From an uncultured Acidobacteriota bacterium (lineage in GTDB: Bacteria; Acidobacteriota; Vicinamibacteria; Fen-336), in NCBI GenBank assembly GCA_964442185.1, contig CAYTWT010000293.1, positions 17,902-81,901 on the forward strand: DNA of 64,000 nucleotides. Reading direction: 5' to 3'. Within the stretch, counting starts at the first letter, position 1, and every line of letters starts with the position of its first letter. The notes beneath the pieces are model-generated. The model saw only the letters and a program-made list of their open reading frames with translations. It was not told the DNA's origin and did not search any database. The translations under genes and the position numbers were made by a program. Of this stretch, positions 42,055-52,483 are shown in pieces.

Positions 42055-42083
42055 AGAAAAAAGCGAGGCCCGCGGCGCCTCGC
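42055..42083 (-). terminator. Rho-independent terminator downstream of outer-membrane protein gene (stem GCGAGGC/GCCTCGC, then UUUUUUCUU on - strand)
   Basis: 7-bp GC stem + U-tract read on minus strand, 48 nt after the stop at 42131. Confidence 0.4.
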
Positions 42084-42130
42084 TGCTTCCTCTTCGGCCG
42101 GCTCGCTCTGCGAACGGGCCTCCTTTGCCC

Positions 42131-43864
42131 TTAGAAGCGAACCGAGATCCCTCCCATCAGGCGCGTCGGCGGGTTCAGGACAGCCATTTCGTCTAGCATG
42201 CCCCCCTCCGCCGTTTCGTAGAACAGGTTCCTCACGGCGACCAGCAGGTCCCAGTCGGCTCGCGTCAGATCGCCCAGAAAGGGAAGTCCCTGGCTGAGTT
42301 GCACGTCGAACCGCGTGTTACGGCTTGTCTCCGCTTCGCCGGCCTCAGGCCGGATGAAGTTCAGGCGGTAGAAGGCGACAAGGCGGGTGTCGGTTGGTTC
42401 GACGAATGTCTCCACGCGAGCCGTCAGGTCGTGGAAGCGGCCGTCTGCGATCGCCAGCGGCGCGGCCTCGAAAGCGACGCCCGGCCCTGCCAGGTCGCGA
42501 TGAAGTCGCCCGAACGAGTAGGCGACCGAGCCGCGAATCACCCGGCCGACACCGTGCCCGAGGTCGATCGTGACACCCTGCGTGGCCATGGCGCCACGGT
42601 TGTCGATGCGCAGGCTTTGCGACGTTTCCGAGCCACCGAAGGTGTTGACCAGCTGGTCGGTCGTCGATTCACGGAACGCCCGCAGACCGATACGGCCGGC
42701 GCCGAAGCGCTGATCGACACCCATCGCGTATCGCACCAGGTGCTCGGGCGCCAAGCTGCCTTCGAGATCGGCATACACGATCGCCGGCGCCACGGACAGT
42801 GTCGAGAGCGTCAGGAGGTCGCCGCCCGGAACGATGCTGCGTTCCTCGGCCGAGGCCAGGAGGGTCGTGGTGGCACCGGCCTCGAACTCGAGAGCCAGCA
42901 GCGGATCGATGTGGTTCTGGTCGCCGGTCACGAAACCCACGTAGGAGTGCCGCGCACCAATCGTAGCCGTGACCTGGTCGCTCATCGTCCAGCGGTCTTC
43001 GACGAACAGTGCGCCGATCGTTCCCGCCTGGAGCCGCACTTCGGGTTCGAGGCCGTTCATGGGACGCACGAAGCGCGTTCCGTAGCCTGCGCCGGTTCGG
43101 ATCTGGTGGCCGCCACCCGGCTCCAGCAGGAACTCTGCAGCCATGCGCCAAGTCGTGTCCTCGCTCTCCGCCACGAGCCCGCCCAGCGTGAAGCTCGCGG
43201 AATCCCCGAGCTTGCCTTGGAGGCGCAACACGCCGGTACCGGAGAGCAGGTTTCCCGCCGCGGTGTCGTCGCCCTGGGCACCGAGGCTGTGCGCGTTTGC
43301 GACCACCTCCATGGACCCACCGAGTTCCGGCAGCCAGGGCGAAGCGCCCCGTTCGGTTTCGGACGATACGGCATCGCGTGGCGCCACTACCGCGCCCCTG
43401 TCCTCGAGCACCGAGCGCGTCTTGTGCCGCAGCAGCCACGTCCATTCGCGCGCATTGTCCGCGCCTTCCTTCTCGCTCAGCTCGCCGAAGCCCGGCAGGC
43501 TGAGCGACAGGATCGCGCCCTGATTGGGGAACACGGTGACGCGCTGTGCTTGGGCCTGCTTCAGGCCCCGGCCCACTGCGCGCACGGTGTACGAGCCGGC
43601 CGGAAGCGACGGCAACATGAAGTGCCCAGCCTCGTCGGAGAAGGCTATCAGTCCCCCGCCACGCATGCCCTTCGCGAAGAACGAAACCAAGGCGCCCGAG
43701 ACGGGCGTGCCGCGGCTGTCCTCGACCCAGCCGATGACACTCCCCGCTGCCGATTCTTCGGCGTCGGCCGGGCACAGGGGAAGGGCCAAGAGCAGAAGTG
43801 TGGTGCTCCCGACGGCGGCCAGAGTCGATCGGATCTTTCTCACGGGTTCCAAAGGATCGCCCAC
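42131..43864 (-). CDS. Outer-membrane beta-barrel protein with N-terminal carboxypeptidase-regulatory-like (CarbopepD_reg) domain
   Basis: Signal peptide; GSVIGWVEDSRGTPVSGALVSF...DEAGHFMLPSLPAGSYTV; ends in aromatic F (beta-barrel C-term). Confidence 0.7.
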   Translation of the reverse strand: MGDPLEPVRKIRSTLAAVGSTTLLLLALPLCPADAEESAAGSVIGWVEDSRGTPVSGALVSFFAKGMRGGGLIAFSDEAGHFMLPSLPAGSYTVRAVGRGLKQAQAQRVTVFPNQGAILSLSLPGFGELSEKEGADNAREWTWLLRHKTRSVLEDRGAVVAPRDAVSSETERGASPWLPELGGSMEVVANAHSLGAQGDDTAAGNLLSGTGVLRLQGKLGDSASFTLGGLVAESEDTTWRMAAEFLLEPGGGHQIRTGAGYGTRFVRPMNGLEPEVRLQAGTIGALFVEDRWTMSDQVTATIGARHSYVGFVTGDQNHIDPLLALEFEAGATTTLLASAEERSIVPGGDLLTLSTLSVAPAIVYADLEGSLAPEHLVRYAMGVDQRFGAGRIGLRAFRESTTDQLVNTFGGSETSQSLRIDNRGAMATQGVTIDLGHGVGRVIRGSVAYSFGRLHRDLAGPGVAFEAAPLAIADGRFHDLTARVETFVEPTDTRLVAFYRLNFIRPEAGEAETSRNTRFDVQLSQGLPFLGDLTRADWDLLVAVRNLFYETAEGGMLDEMAVLNPPTRLMGGISVRF

Positions 43865-43990
43865 GTACCCTGCGAAGACCCACGCTAGCAGCGGGCGAGG
43901 GGGCTGTCAACCCGGTTTTCGGCCCCTCCGGGAGAGGCCTTACGCTATGCTAGGCGTCGCTCGGAAGGCTCTCGCTTCAGAAGGCAAGCC

Positions 43991-44623
43991 ATGACTCGAA
44001 TCTTCGACGTCACCGTTCCGCTTTCCTCCACGGTCCCCACCTTCCCGGGGGACCCGCGTTTCCACATGGAGTTCACCCACAAGATCGAGGACGGTCAGCC
44101 TTACAACGTCGCCCGGATCACCATGGGGGCGCACTCGGGCACGCACGTGGACGCGCCTTATCATTTTCTCCCCGATGGGGCGACGGTGGAACAACTTCCC
44201 CTGGAAATCCTGATGGGGAAGGCGCGCGTGGTGGAGATCTCCGCCCGCGAGAAGATCGAGCGCTCCGACCTCGAGGCCCTGGACTTGCGCGATGACCTGC
44301 GGGTGCTGCTCAAGACCCGCATGTCCGGCCAACTTCGCCTGGCCCATTTCCAGGAGGACTTCGTGTACTTGACCCCGGACGCCGCGACCTACCTGGTGCA
44401 GGCCGGGATCAAGCTGGTGGGGATCGACTACCTTTCGGTCGAGCAGTTCGGCAGCCACGACTTTCCCTCCCATCACGCGCTGCTGGGCGCTGGGGTCGTG
44501 GTCATCGAGGGGCTCGACCTGTCGCAGGTGGAACCTGGGGAATACGAGATGGCGTGCCTGCCATTGCTCATCGCGGGAGCCGATGGCTCACCGGCGAGGG
44601 TCGTTCTCAGGACCCGGCCGTGA
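43991..44623 (+). CDS. Cyclase-family protein (kynurenine formamidase/KynB-like)
   Basis: HxGTHxDxPxH motif GAHSGTHVDAPYHF. Confidence 0.75.
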   Translation: MTRIFDVTVPLSSTVPTFPGDPRFHMEFTHKIEDGQPYNVARITMGAHSGTHVDAPYHFLPDGATVEQLPLEILMGKARVVEISAREKIERSDLEALDLRDDLRVLLKTRMSGQLRLAHFQEDFVYLTPDAATYLVQAGIKLVGIDYLSVEQFGSHDFPSHHALLGAGVVVIEGLDLSQVEPGEYEMACLPLLIAGADGSPARVVLRTRP

Positions 44624-45267
44624 GCCACGCGCTCGCGGCTGCCGTCGAGGAATCGAAGGCCTTCGCCGTGATCCGTACCGACACGGCTGCGCAGGCGATC
44701 GACGCCGGTCGCGCCTGCGTGCGCGGGGGGCTACGGCTGCTGGAGATCACGCTGACGGTCAAGAACGCTCTCGACGCCGTGATTGCGCTCGGCGCCGAGA
44801 CTGGCGCCATCGTGGGAGTGGGCTCCGTCACCGAGCGCGAGCAGGTGCGCGCCGCGGCCAGAGCCGGCGCCCGCTTCGCGGTGTCGCCGCACTTCGACGC
44901 CGATCTGCTCGCCGAGGCGCGCGGCCACGGGCTCATGGTCTCGATGGGCGGCGTCACGGCGAGCGAGGCGATGACCTGTCACAAAGCCGGCGTCGACGTG
45001 ACCAAGATCTTTCCGGCCACGATTTTCGGGCCCGCTTACTTGAAGGCGCTGCGCGAGCCGCTTCCGTTCCTGCGACTGATGCCGACCGGCGGCGTCGACG
45101 AACAGAACCTGACGGCCTGGCTCGACGCTGGCGCGACAGCGGTGGGCCTCGGCGGCAGCCTCGTCGATCGGAAAAGCGCGGCGGCAGGGGACTTCCAGCC
45201 GATCGAAGACCGGGCCCGGCGCATCGCGAAGGCGATCGGGGAATGGCGGTCGCGGCGGGGGCGTTAG
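44620..45267 (+). CDS. eda: KDPG / 4-hydroxy-2-oxoglutarate aldolase
   Basis: GTG start overlapping cyclase stop; Eda fold with Schiff-base Lys region GVDVTKIFPA. Confidence 0.8.
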   Translation: MSHALAAAVEESKAFAVIRTDTAAQAIDAGRACVRGGLRLLEITLTVKNALDAVIALGAETGAIVGVGSVTEREQVRAAARAGARFAVSPHFDADLLAEARGHGLMVSMGGVTASEAMTCHKAGVDVTKIFPATIFGPAYLKALREPLPFLRLMPTGGVDEQNLTAWLDAGATAVGLGGSLVDRKSAAAGDFQPIEDRARRIAKAIGEWRSRRGR

Positions 45268-45274
45268 TCCGACC

Positions 45275-46519
45275 GTGAACGTCCTCCTGCTGCGGGACGT
45301 GGTAGCGGTGCTCCTCGCGGGGGGAGCGGGAGAGCGCCTCTACCCGCTTACGCGCGATCGCGCCAAGCCCGCGGTCTCCTTCGGTGGCGCTTATCGGATC
45401 ATCGACTTTACGCTCTCGAACTGCATCAACTCCGGCCTGCGCAAGATCTTCATCGTGACCCAGTACAAGTCGCAGAGTCTCAACCGCCACATCCGCCTGG
45501 GCTGGAGCGTCGTGAACACCGAGCTCGGCGAGTTCGTCGAGATCCTGCCGCCCCAGAAGCGAACCGGCGAGAACTGGTACCTCGGCACTGCCGACGCGGC
45601 GTACCAGAATCTTTATTCGCTGGGCCGTGAGCAGCCGCGCTGGGTGATCGTGCTGTCGGGCGATCACATCTACAAGATGGACTACGGCAAGATGCTCGAC
45701 GTGCACATCGCGCGCGGCGCGACGCTCACGGTCGGTGCGATCGAGGTGCCCGTGGCCGACTCGCGCCGCTTCGGTATCCTCGAGGTCGACGACGACAGCC
45801 GCGTCACCGGCTTCCAGGAGAAGCCGGACGAGGCGACCCCCACGCCCTGGAACGCCGGTTGCGCGCTCGGCTCGATGGGCATCTACATCTTCGACTTCGA
45901 GGCGCTCGAGCGCGAACTGCTGCGCGACTCCGAGGAACCCTCCAGCCACGACTTCGGCAGGGACATCATTCCGAACCTGGTGCGGTGCGGCGAGCGCGTC
46001 TACGCCCACCTGTTCTGGGACGAGAACAAGAAGGAATCGCAATACTGGCGCGACGTCGGCACGCTCGACGCGTACTTCGACGCCTCCATGGACCTGATCC
46101 AGGTCGACCCCGTCTTCAACCTGTACGACCCCGACTGGCCGATGCGCACCTACCAGCCGCAGTTCCCGCCGGCGAAGTTCGTCTTCAACCAGGAAGGCCG
46201 GCGCGGCGAGGCCACCGAATCGATCGTGTCTCTGGGCTGCATCGTCTCGGGCAGCCGGGTACAGCGCTCGATCCTCGCGCCCAACGTGCGGGTGCATTCG
46301 TTCTGCGACATCCAGGACTCGATCCTGATGCCGAACGCAATCGTGCATCGCAACGCCCGGATCCGCCGCGCGATCCTCGATCGCGACGTCGAGATCCCGG
46401 CGGGCGCCGTGATCGGCTACCATCCCGCGGAGGATCGCCGGCGCCACACGGTCACGGAGAACGGCGTGGTAGTCGTGACCCCCGGCGAAGAGTGCTTTGT
46501 AGAGAACACGGGGGGGTAA
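45275..46519 (+). CDS. glgC: Glucose-1-phosphate adenylyltransferase
   Basis: LAGGAGERLYPLTRDRAKPAV...left-handed beta-helix C-term. Confidence 0.9.
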   Translation: MNVLLLRDVVAVLLAGGAGERLYPLTRDRAKPAVSFGGAYRIIDFTLSNCINSGLRKIFIVTQYKSQSLNRHIRLGWSVVNTELGEFVEILPPQKRTGENWYLGTADAAYQNLYSLGREQPRWVIVLSGDHIYKMDYGKMLDVHIARGATLTVGAIEVPVADSRRFGILEVDDDSRVTGFQEKPDEATPTPWNAGCALGSMGIYIFDFEALERELLRDSEEPSSHDFGRDIIPNLVRCGERVYAHLFWDENKKESQYWRDVGTLDAYFDASMDLIQVDPVFNLYDPDWPMRTYQPQFPPAKFVFNQEGRRGEATESIVSLGCIVSGSRVQRSILAPNVRVHSFCDIQDSILMPNAIVHRNARIRRAILDRDVEIPAGAVIGYHPAEDRRRHTVTENGVVVVTPGEECFVENTGG

Positions 46520-46637
46520 CAATCCCGCCGCGCTCTTCGGGGCTGCCCCCCAGCCGCTCCGCGCCAGCGTAAATCTGGCGCTCCGCCGCCAGTGGACCCG
46601 AGCCAGTTGGCTCGCTGCTGATGCTTTCATCGGTTAG

Positions 46638-47954
<1,317 letters not shown>

Positions 47955-48023
47955 CCGCTGGCCGACGGCTCCGCCGTCCTCGCGACGCTTCTCGCCTATC
48001 TCGCCTTCGCGGCGCTCGCGATC

Positions 48024-49814
48024 GTGGGCCCCGGCGTCGCGCTGCAGCGCCTGCTGCGGCTGGCGACCGACGTGGCGCTGGTCGTCCCGATCGGCCTGAC
48101 CTTCTCCGCACTCTCGGCCTGGGCGGCATTCGCCTCAGGCCGGCACTGGCTGTTTCCGGCGCTGGTCCTTGCGGTGGACGCGACCCTGTTGCTGCCGCTC
48201 GGCCCGTGGCGGCGCTCCCCGGGCCCGTCGCTGCGGGGCGCGGCACCTGCCGCCCTGGCCATCGTCGGGGTGCTGGCTGTGACCCAGTACCCGCTGAACC
48301 GGATCGACGCGAACGGCGACTTCCTGCTGGACGACCTCGAGCGCATCGACACGGCGTTCCACGTAGCCGTCACCTGGGAGCTCACGAACTCGTGGCCGCC
48401 GCAGGTGCCGGGCCTCGCGGGCGTCCCGCTTCACTATCACCTCGGGCCGCATCTGATCCGGGCGGCGGCATGGCGCTGGGCGGGGATCACGCCCTACGAC
48501 GCGATGTATCGCTTCGACGTGACGCTCTGGGCGATCGGCCTGGTACTGGCCCTGCGCGCGGCGGCACGGGCGCTCGGTGGCGGTCGCTTCGCGCTCGCAC
48601 TCGCCGGCTTCAGTCCGCTGCTCGCGGATTTCTCGTTCGTCTTCGCCGGGCAGCCGAGCGCACGCTGGTGGCCCGAGTTGATGGGCGGAAACCTGCTGCT
48701 GTCCTTGATCTTCGCGAACTCCCTCGTCCCGGCGCTGGCCCTCACGCTGGGCGTGGTCGTCGCGCTCGGCCGCGCACGCGCGGGCGAGGGGCGCGGATGG
48801 CTGGTGCTGGCCGGGGTGCTCGCAGCCGCTGTCCCGTTCTTCAAGATCTTCCTGGCCGCACCGCTCGCCGCGGGGCTGCTGGTCGCGCTGGTGGTGTGCG
48901 GCAGCGCGGAGTCGCTACTGGCGGTCGCGGCGTCTTGTCTGGTCGCGACGGTCGCGCTCGTGCTCGGTTCCGGAACGCCGCTCGAGATCCTGCTCGACCC
49001 ATTGGCGCCCGTGGCTCACACGCGGCAACTGCTCGGCCTGCCGCCGCTCGAAGGCGCGCGGCTCGCAAGCTTTGCCGCGCCCTGGCTCGCCGCGGCTTTG
49101 GGCTTGCGTCTGCTGGCCTTGCCGGGCGCACTGCGCGCCCTCGGGTCGCGCTCGGTGGCCCTGGTCGTGCTGGGGACGATGGCGCTTGTCGGTTGGCCGA
49201 TCGCCCTGCTGCTCCGGCTCAGCGCGGACCGGGAGTTCAACGAGGCGGTCTACTTTACGGTTCAAAGCGGCGCGCTGCTCTGGCTCTTCGTGGCCCTGGC
49301 CCTCGAGCGTCTCGCGCTTTCGGGCATCCGGCCAGGGCTGCTGGTCGCGATCGCCGCGGCCCTCTCGCTGCCCGCCACGGCCGAACTGGTGATTCGCAAG
49401 GCGCTCTCGCCACCCGATGTCGTTCCCGCGCGAGTGCTCGAGGCGATGGCTGCCCTCGCCGGCGACTCTCGCCCGGGCGACGTCGTGCTGATGCGCCCCT
49501 ATTCGCGCTTTCCGCCACCGCCGGTCGTGTTCGTGCGGCGGCGCCTGCCGTACACGATCTACCTGCCGTACATGCGCCAGTTCGCTACGCCGGCGCTGTT
49601 GCACGCACGTTCGGAGCTGCTGCGCAGTTTTTTCCGAAGTAGCGACCCTACCGAGGCGGGCCGCCTTGCGGCTGAGCTTCACGCGCGCCACGTGTTCGTC
49701 CACGGGCCGCAGCCGATCGGCCCCGGAGCTCGCGCGATCCTCGATCCCATCTATTTGAAACAGGACACCGGGCTGTACCGGATTCGCTTCCCGAACTCGC
49801 CCGTACCGGAGTGA
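48024..49814 (+). CDS. Polytopic integral membrane protein (>=12 TM) with C-terminal soluble domain; possibly GT-C-like glycosyltransferase (speculative)
   Basis: GTG start in track; upstream in-frame hydrophobic codons back to eno stop suggest N-terminus may be longer. Confidence 0.5.
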   Translation: MGPGVALQRLLRLATDVALVVPIGLTFSALSAWAAFASGRHWLFPALVLAVDATLLLPLGPWRRSPGPSLRGAAPAALAIVGVLAVTQYPLNRIDANGDFLLDDLERIDTAFHVAVTWELTNSWPPQVPGLAGVPLHYHLGPHLIRAAAWRWAGITPYDAMYRFDVTLWAIGLVLALRAAARALGGGRFALALAGFSPLLADFSFVFAGQPSARWWPELMGGNLLLSLIFANSLVPALALTLGVVVALGRARAGEGRGWLVLAGVLAAAVPFFKIFLAAPLAAGLLVALVVCGSAESLLAVAASCLVATVALVLGSGTPLEILLDPLAPVAHTRQLLGLPPLEGARLASFAAPWLAAALGLRLLALPGALRALGSRSVALVVLGTMALVGWPIALLLRLSADREFNEAVYFTVQSGALLWLFVALALERLALSGIRPGLLVAIAAALSLPATAELVIRKALSPPDVVPARVLEAMAALAGDSRPGDVVLMRPYSRFPPPPVVFVRRRLPYTIYLPYMRQFATPALLHARSELLRSFFRSSDPTEAGRLAAELHARHVFVHGPQPIGPGARAILDPIYLKQDTGLYRIRFPNSPVPE

Positions 49815-49837
49815 GGGGGCCGGAATGGTAGCGGGCG

Positions 49838-50152
49838 CTACTCTTCTTCGCCGATCGAGATCTTGAGGGAGCGCAGGAACTTCTTGTCGAGCGGCGTCAT
49901 CCTGACGGGCGCGGGCTCGGCCTTCTCGACGCGGAAGTCGAAGGTCGAGACCTCGGCGGGTTCGCGAGTGCCGGTCTTGCTGAACCCGATCGTGGCCTCG
50001 AGGACGAGCGAGACCTCGAATCCCTCGGAGCGGATGCGGTTCAGACAAAAGGCGATCTGCGTCGATTCGGAAAGCGTGCGCTGGATCGTGGTGCCGAGGT
50101 CCTGCACCAGCCGTTTGACATCTTCGCCGTGTGTCGAATCCGTCTTCTCCAT
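49838..50152 (-). CDS. Small hypothetical protein (104 aa from [14 protein letters not shown])
   Basis: ~60% GC; preceded on - strand by TTGACA-N18-CATAAT and GGAAGG SD. Confidence 0.45.
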   Translation of the reverse strand: MEKTDSTHGEDVKRLVQDLGTTIQRTLSESTQIAFCLNRIRSEGFEVSLVLEATIGFSKTGTREPAEVSTFDFRVEKAEPAPVRMTPLDKKFLRSLKISIGEEE

Positions 50153-50229
50153 CAGCCTTCCATGAAAATTATGGGGAGCAGGCGTTTTCGCTGTCAAGCC
50201 CCGCGACTCATGTTACCGTTTCCGCCCGC

Positions 50230-51813
50230 ATGACACACGAGTTCCGTACGGCCTCCGGAGGGCCGCGCGAGCGCGTCTACCGGCCACAGGACCCTGCCCA
50301 CCTCGAACGCGAGGTGGGCGAGCCGGGCAGCTTCCCGTTCACTCGCGGGCTGCACGCCACGGGCTATCGGGGACGCCTTTGGACCATGCGGCAGTATGCC
50401 GGCTTCGGCACGGCCGCCGAATCAAACCGCCGCTACCGCTACCTTCTCGAGCACGGCACGACCGGCCTGTCAGTGGCCTTCGACCTGCCGACGCAGATCG
50501 GTTACGACTCCGACGACCCGCACGCCGCCGGCGAGGTCGGTCGCGTGGGCGTCGCGATCTGCAGCCTCGAGGACATGGAGACGCTGTTCGAGGGGATCCC
50601 GCTCGACAAGATTTCGACGTCGATGACGATCAACGCCACCGCAGCGATCGTGCTGGCGCTGTACATCGCCGTGGCGCAGCGCCGCGGTCTTCCCGAGGCC
50701 TCGCTCTCGGGCACCATCCAGAACGACATCCTGAAGGAGTACGTCGCGCGCGGCACGTACATCTACCCGCCCAGCCCGTCGCTACGCCTCGTGACCGACG
50801 TGTTCGCGTACTGCTCGGGGCGCGTGCCGAAATGGAACACGATCTCGATCTCCGGCTACCACATCCGCGAGGCCGGAGCGACGGCGCCGCAGGAGATCGC
50901 CTTCACCTTCGCGAACGCCCTCGAGTACGTGCGCGCTGCGCAGGCCGCCGGCCTCGATGCCACGCACTTCGGCGAGCGGATCTCCTTCTTCTTCGCCTGC
51001 CATTCCGACTTCATCGAGGAGGTGGCCAAGTTCCGTGCGGCGCGCCGGCTGTGGGCGAAGCTGATGCGCGAGCGCTTCGGAGTCGAGAACCCGAAGGCCC
51101 AGCAGCTGCGCTTTCACGTCCAGACGGGCGGCGTCACGCTGACCGTCCAGCAGCCTGACAACAACGTGGTCCGCGTTGCGTTGCAGGCCCTGGCGGCGGT
51201 GCTCGGCGGCTGCCAGAGCCTGCACACGAACGGCAAGGACGAGGCGCTCGCCCTGCCCACCGAGGCCGCAGCGCGGCTCGCGCTGCGCACGCAGCAGGTC
51301 ATTGCCTACGAGTCCGGCGTGGCCGACACGGTGGACCCGCTGGGCGGCAGCTTCGCCGTCGAAGCCCAGACCGACGCGCTCGAGGCCGAGGCGCTGCGGC
51401 TGCTAAACGGCATCGAGGAGCGCGGCGGCGCGCTACGCGCAATCGAGCGGGGCGAGATCCAGCGCGAGATCCAGGAGTCGGCCTACCGCTTCCAGAAGCA
51501 GGTCGAGTCCGGCGAGCGGGTGATCGTGGGCGTGAACCGCTTCGAGGACGCCGGCGAGACGCCACCGTTCGAGATCCTGCGCATCGATCCAGCACTCGAG
51601 CGCGAGCAGGTGCTTCGGCTGCGCGCGCTGCGCGGGCGGCGCGACCAGGCGGCCTGCCAGGGGGCGCTGGCGGCGCTCTCCGACCGGGCCCGCAGCGACG
51701 ACAACCTGATGCCCGCGATCATCGCGGCCGTATCTGTAGACGCCACGGTTGGCGAGATCGCCGGCGCGCTGCGCCAGGTGTTCGGGGAGCACCGCGAGAG
51801 GCTGGTGCTGTGA
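50230..51813 (+). CDS. Methylmalonyl-CoA-mutase-family catalytic (substrate-binding TIM-barrel) domain protein, no fused B12-binding domain
   Basis: Start [14 protein letters not shown]; MCM N-domain conserved blocks ...[11 protein letters not shown]..., HTNGKDEAL. Confidence 0.85.
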   Translation: MTHEFRTASGGPRERVYRPQDPAHLEREVGEPGSFPFTRGLHATGYRGRLWTMRQYAGFGTAAESNRRYRYLLEHGTTGLSVAFDLPTQIGYDSDDPHAAGEVGRVGVAICSLEDMETLFEGIPLDKISTSMTINATAAIVLALYIAVAQRRGLPEASLSGTIQNDILKEYVARGTYIYPPSPSLRLVTDVFAYCSGRVPKWNTISISGYHIREAGATAPQEIAFTFANALEYVRAAQAAGLDATHFGERISFFFACHSDFIEEVAKFRAARRLWAKLMRERFGVENPKAQQLRFHVQTGGVTLTVQQPDNNVVRVALQALAAVLGGCQSLHTNGKDEALALPTEAAARLALRTQQVIAYESGVADTVDPLGGSFAVEAQTDALEAEALRLLNGIEERGGALRAIERGEIQREIQESAYRFQKQVESGERVIVGVNRFEDAGETPPFEILRIDPALEREQVLRLRALRGRRDQAACQGALAALSDRARSDDNLMPAIIAAVSVDATVGEIAGALRQVFGEHRERLVL

Positions 51814-51818
51814 ATCTA

Positions 51819-51844
51819 GCGGGGGCGAAGTCCCTCGCCCCCGC
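51819..51844. terminator. Perfect 10-bp GC hairpin GCGGGGGCGA-AGTCCC-TCGCCCCCGC between convergent genes (candidate bidirectional terminator)
   Basis: Located 6 bp after MCM stop and 18 bp before DUF2911 stop. Confidence 0.4.
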
Positions 51845-51861
51845 GAGATTCAGGCTTTCGA

Positions 51862-52449
51862 CTATTTGGCTGCGGCGAGGTCGAGGGACCAGCTCTTGTC
51901 GCCCCACGCCATCGTCATCGTCGCACCGACGCCGGCGGGCGCCAGCTTGATCGTGAACAGCTCAGCCGCCGGGGTGGTCGTCCCGGCCTTCATCGCCGCT
52001 CGTGCCACTTCGTTTGCCAGGATGTTGGAATAGCCCTCTAGGTGCGGCCACGGCGCATTCGCGAGATTGGCCGGGGCCTTGTCCCAGAGCTTGATGAGCG
52101 CAATTCCCGGGTCGGTGTTGAGGACGAGCGACCAGTCGCCCTGCGCGGGTGCTTGCACGTAGACGGAGTACTTGCCGGCCGGCAGCTTCTTGCCGCCGAT
52201 CGTCACTGCGCCCTCGGACGTGAGTGTGGTGACCTGGTCGACGCCAGCGCGCCAGATGCGATCCTCTGGGAGCTGGGCGATCAGGCTGTCGAGCGTACGG
52301 CCCTTGAGCGACGGCCGGCCATATTCGATCGACAGCTTCTTGCCGCCGACGCTCGCGGAAACGGTCTCGCGGGGCGCGGGTGCGTCTTGTGCGAAGGCCG
52401 CGGTGCTCAGTGCCAGAGCCGCGGCCATGGTTGCGAAACGAGTGCGCAT
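51862..52449 (-). CDS. Secreted DUF2911-family protein
   Basis: Signal peptide MRTRFATMAAALALSTAAFAQ; GGKKLPAGKYSVYV...WSLVLN DUF2911 pattern. Confidence 0.75.
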   Translation of the reverse strand: MRTRFATMAAALALSTAAFAQDAPAPRETVSASVGGKKLSIEYGRPSLKGRTLDSLIAQLPEDRIWRAGVDQVTTLTSEGAVTIGGKKLPAGKYSVYVQAPAQGDWSLVLNTDPGIALIKLWDKAPANLANAPWPHLEGYSNILANEVARAAMKAGTTTPAAELFTIKLAPAGVGATMTMAWGDKSWSLDLAAAK

Positions 52450-52483
52450 GGATCCACTACCTCCTTGGAAAACGAACGACCCC

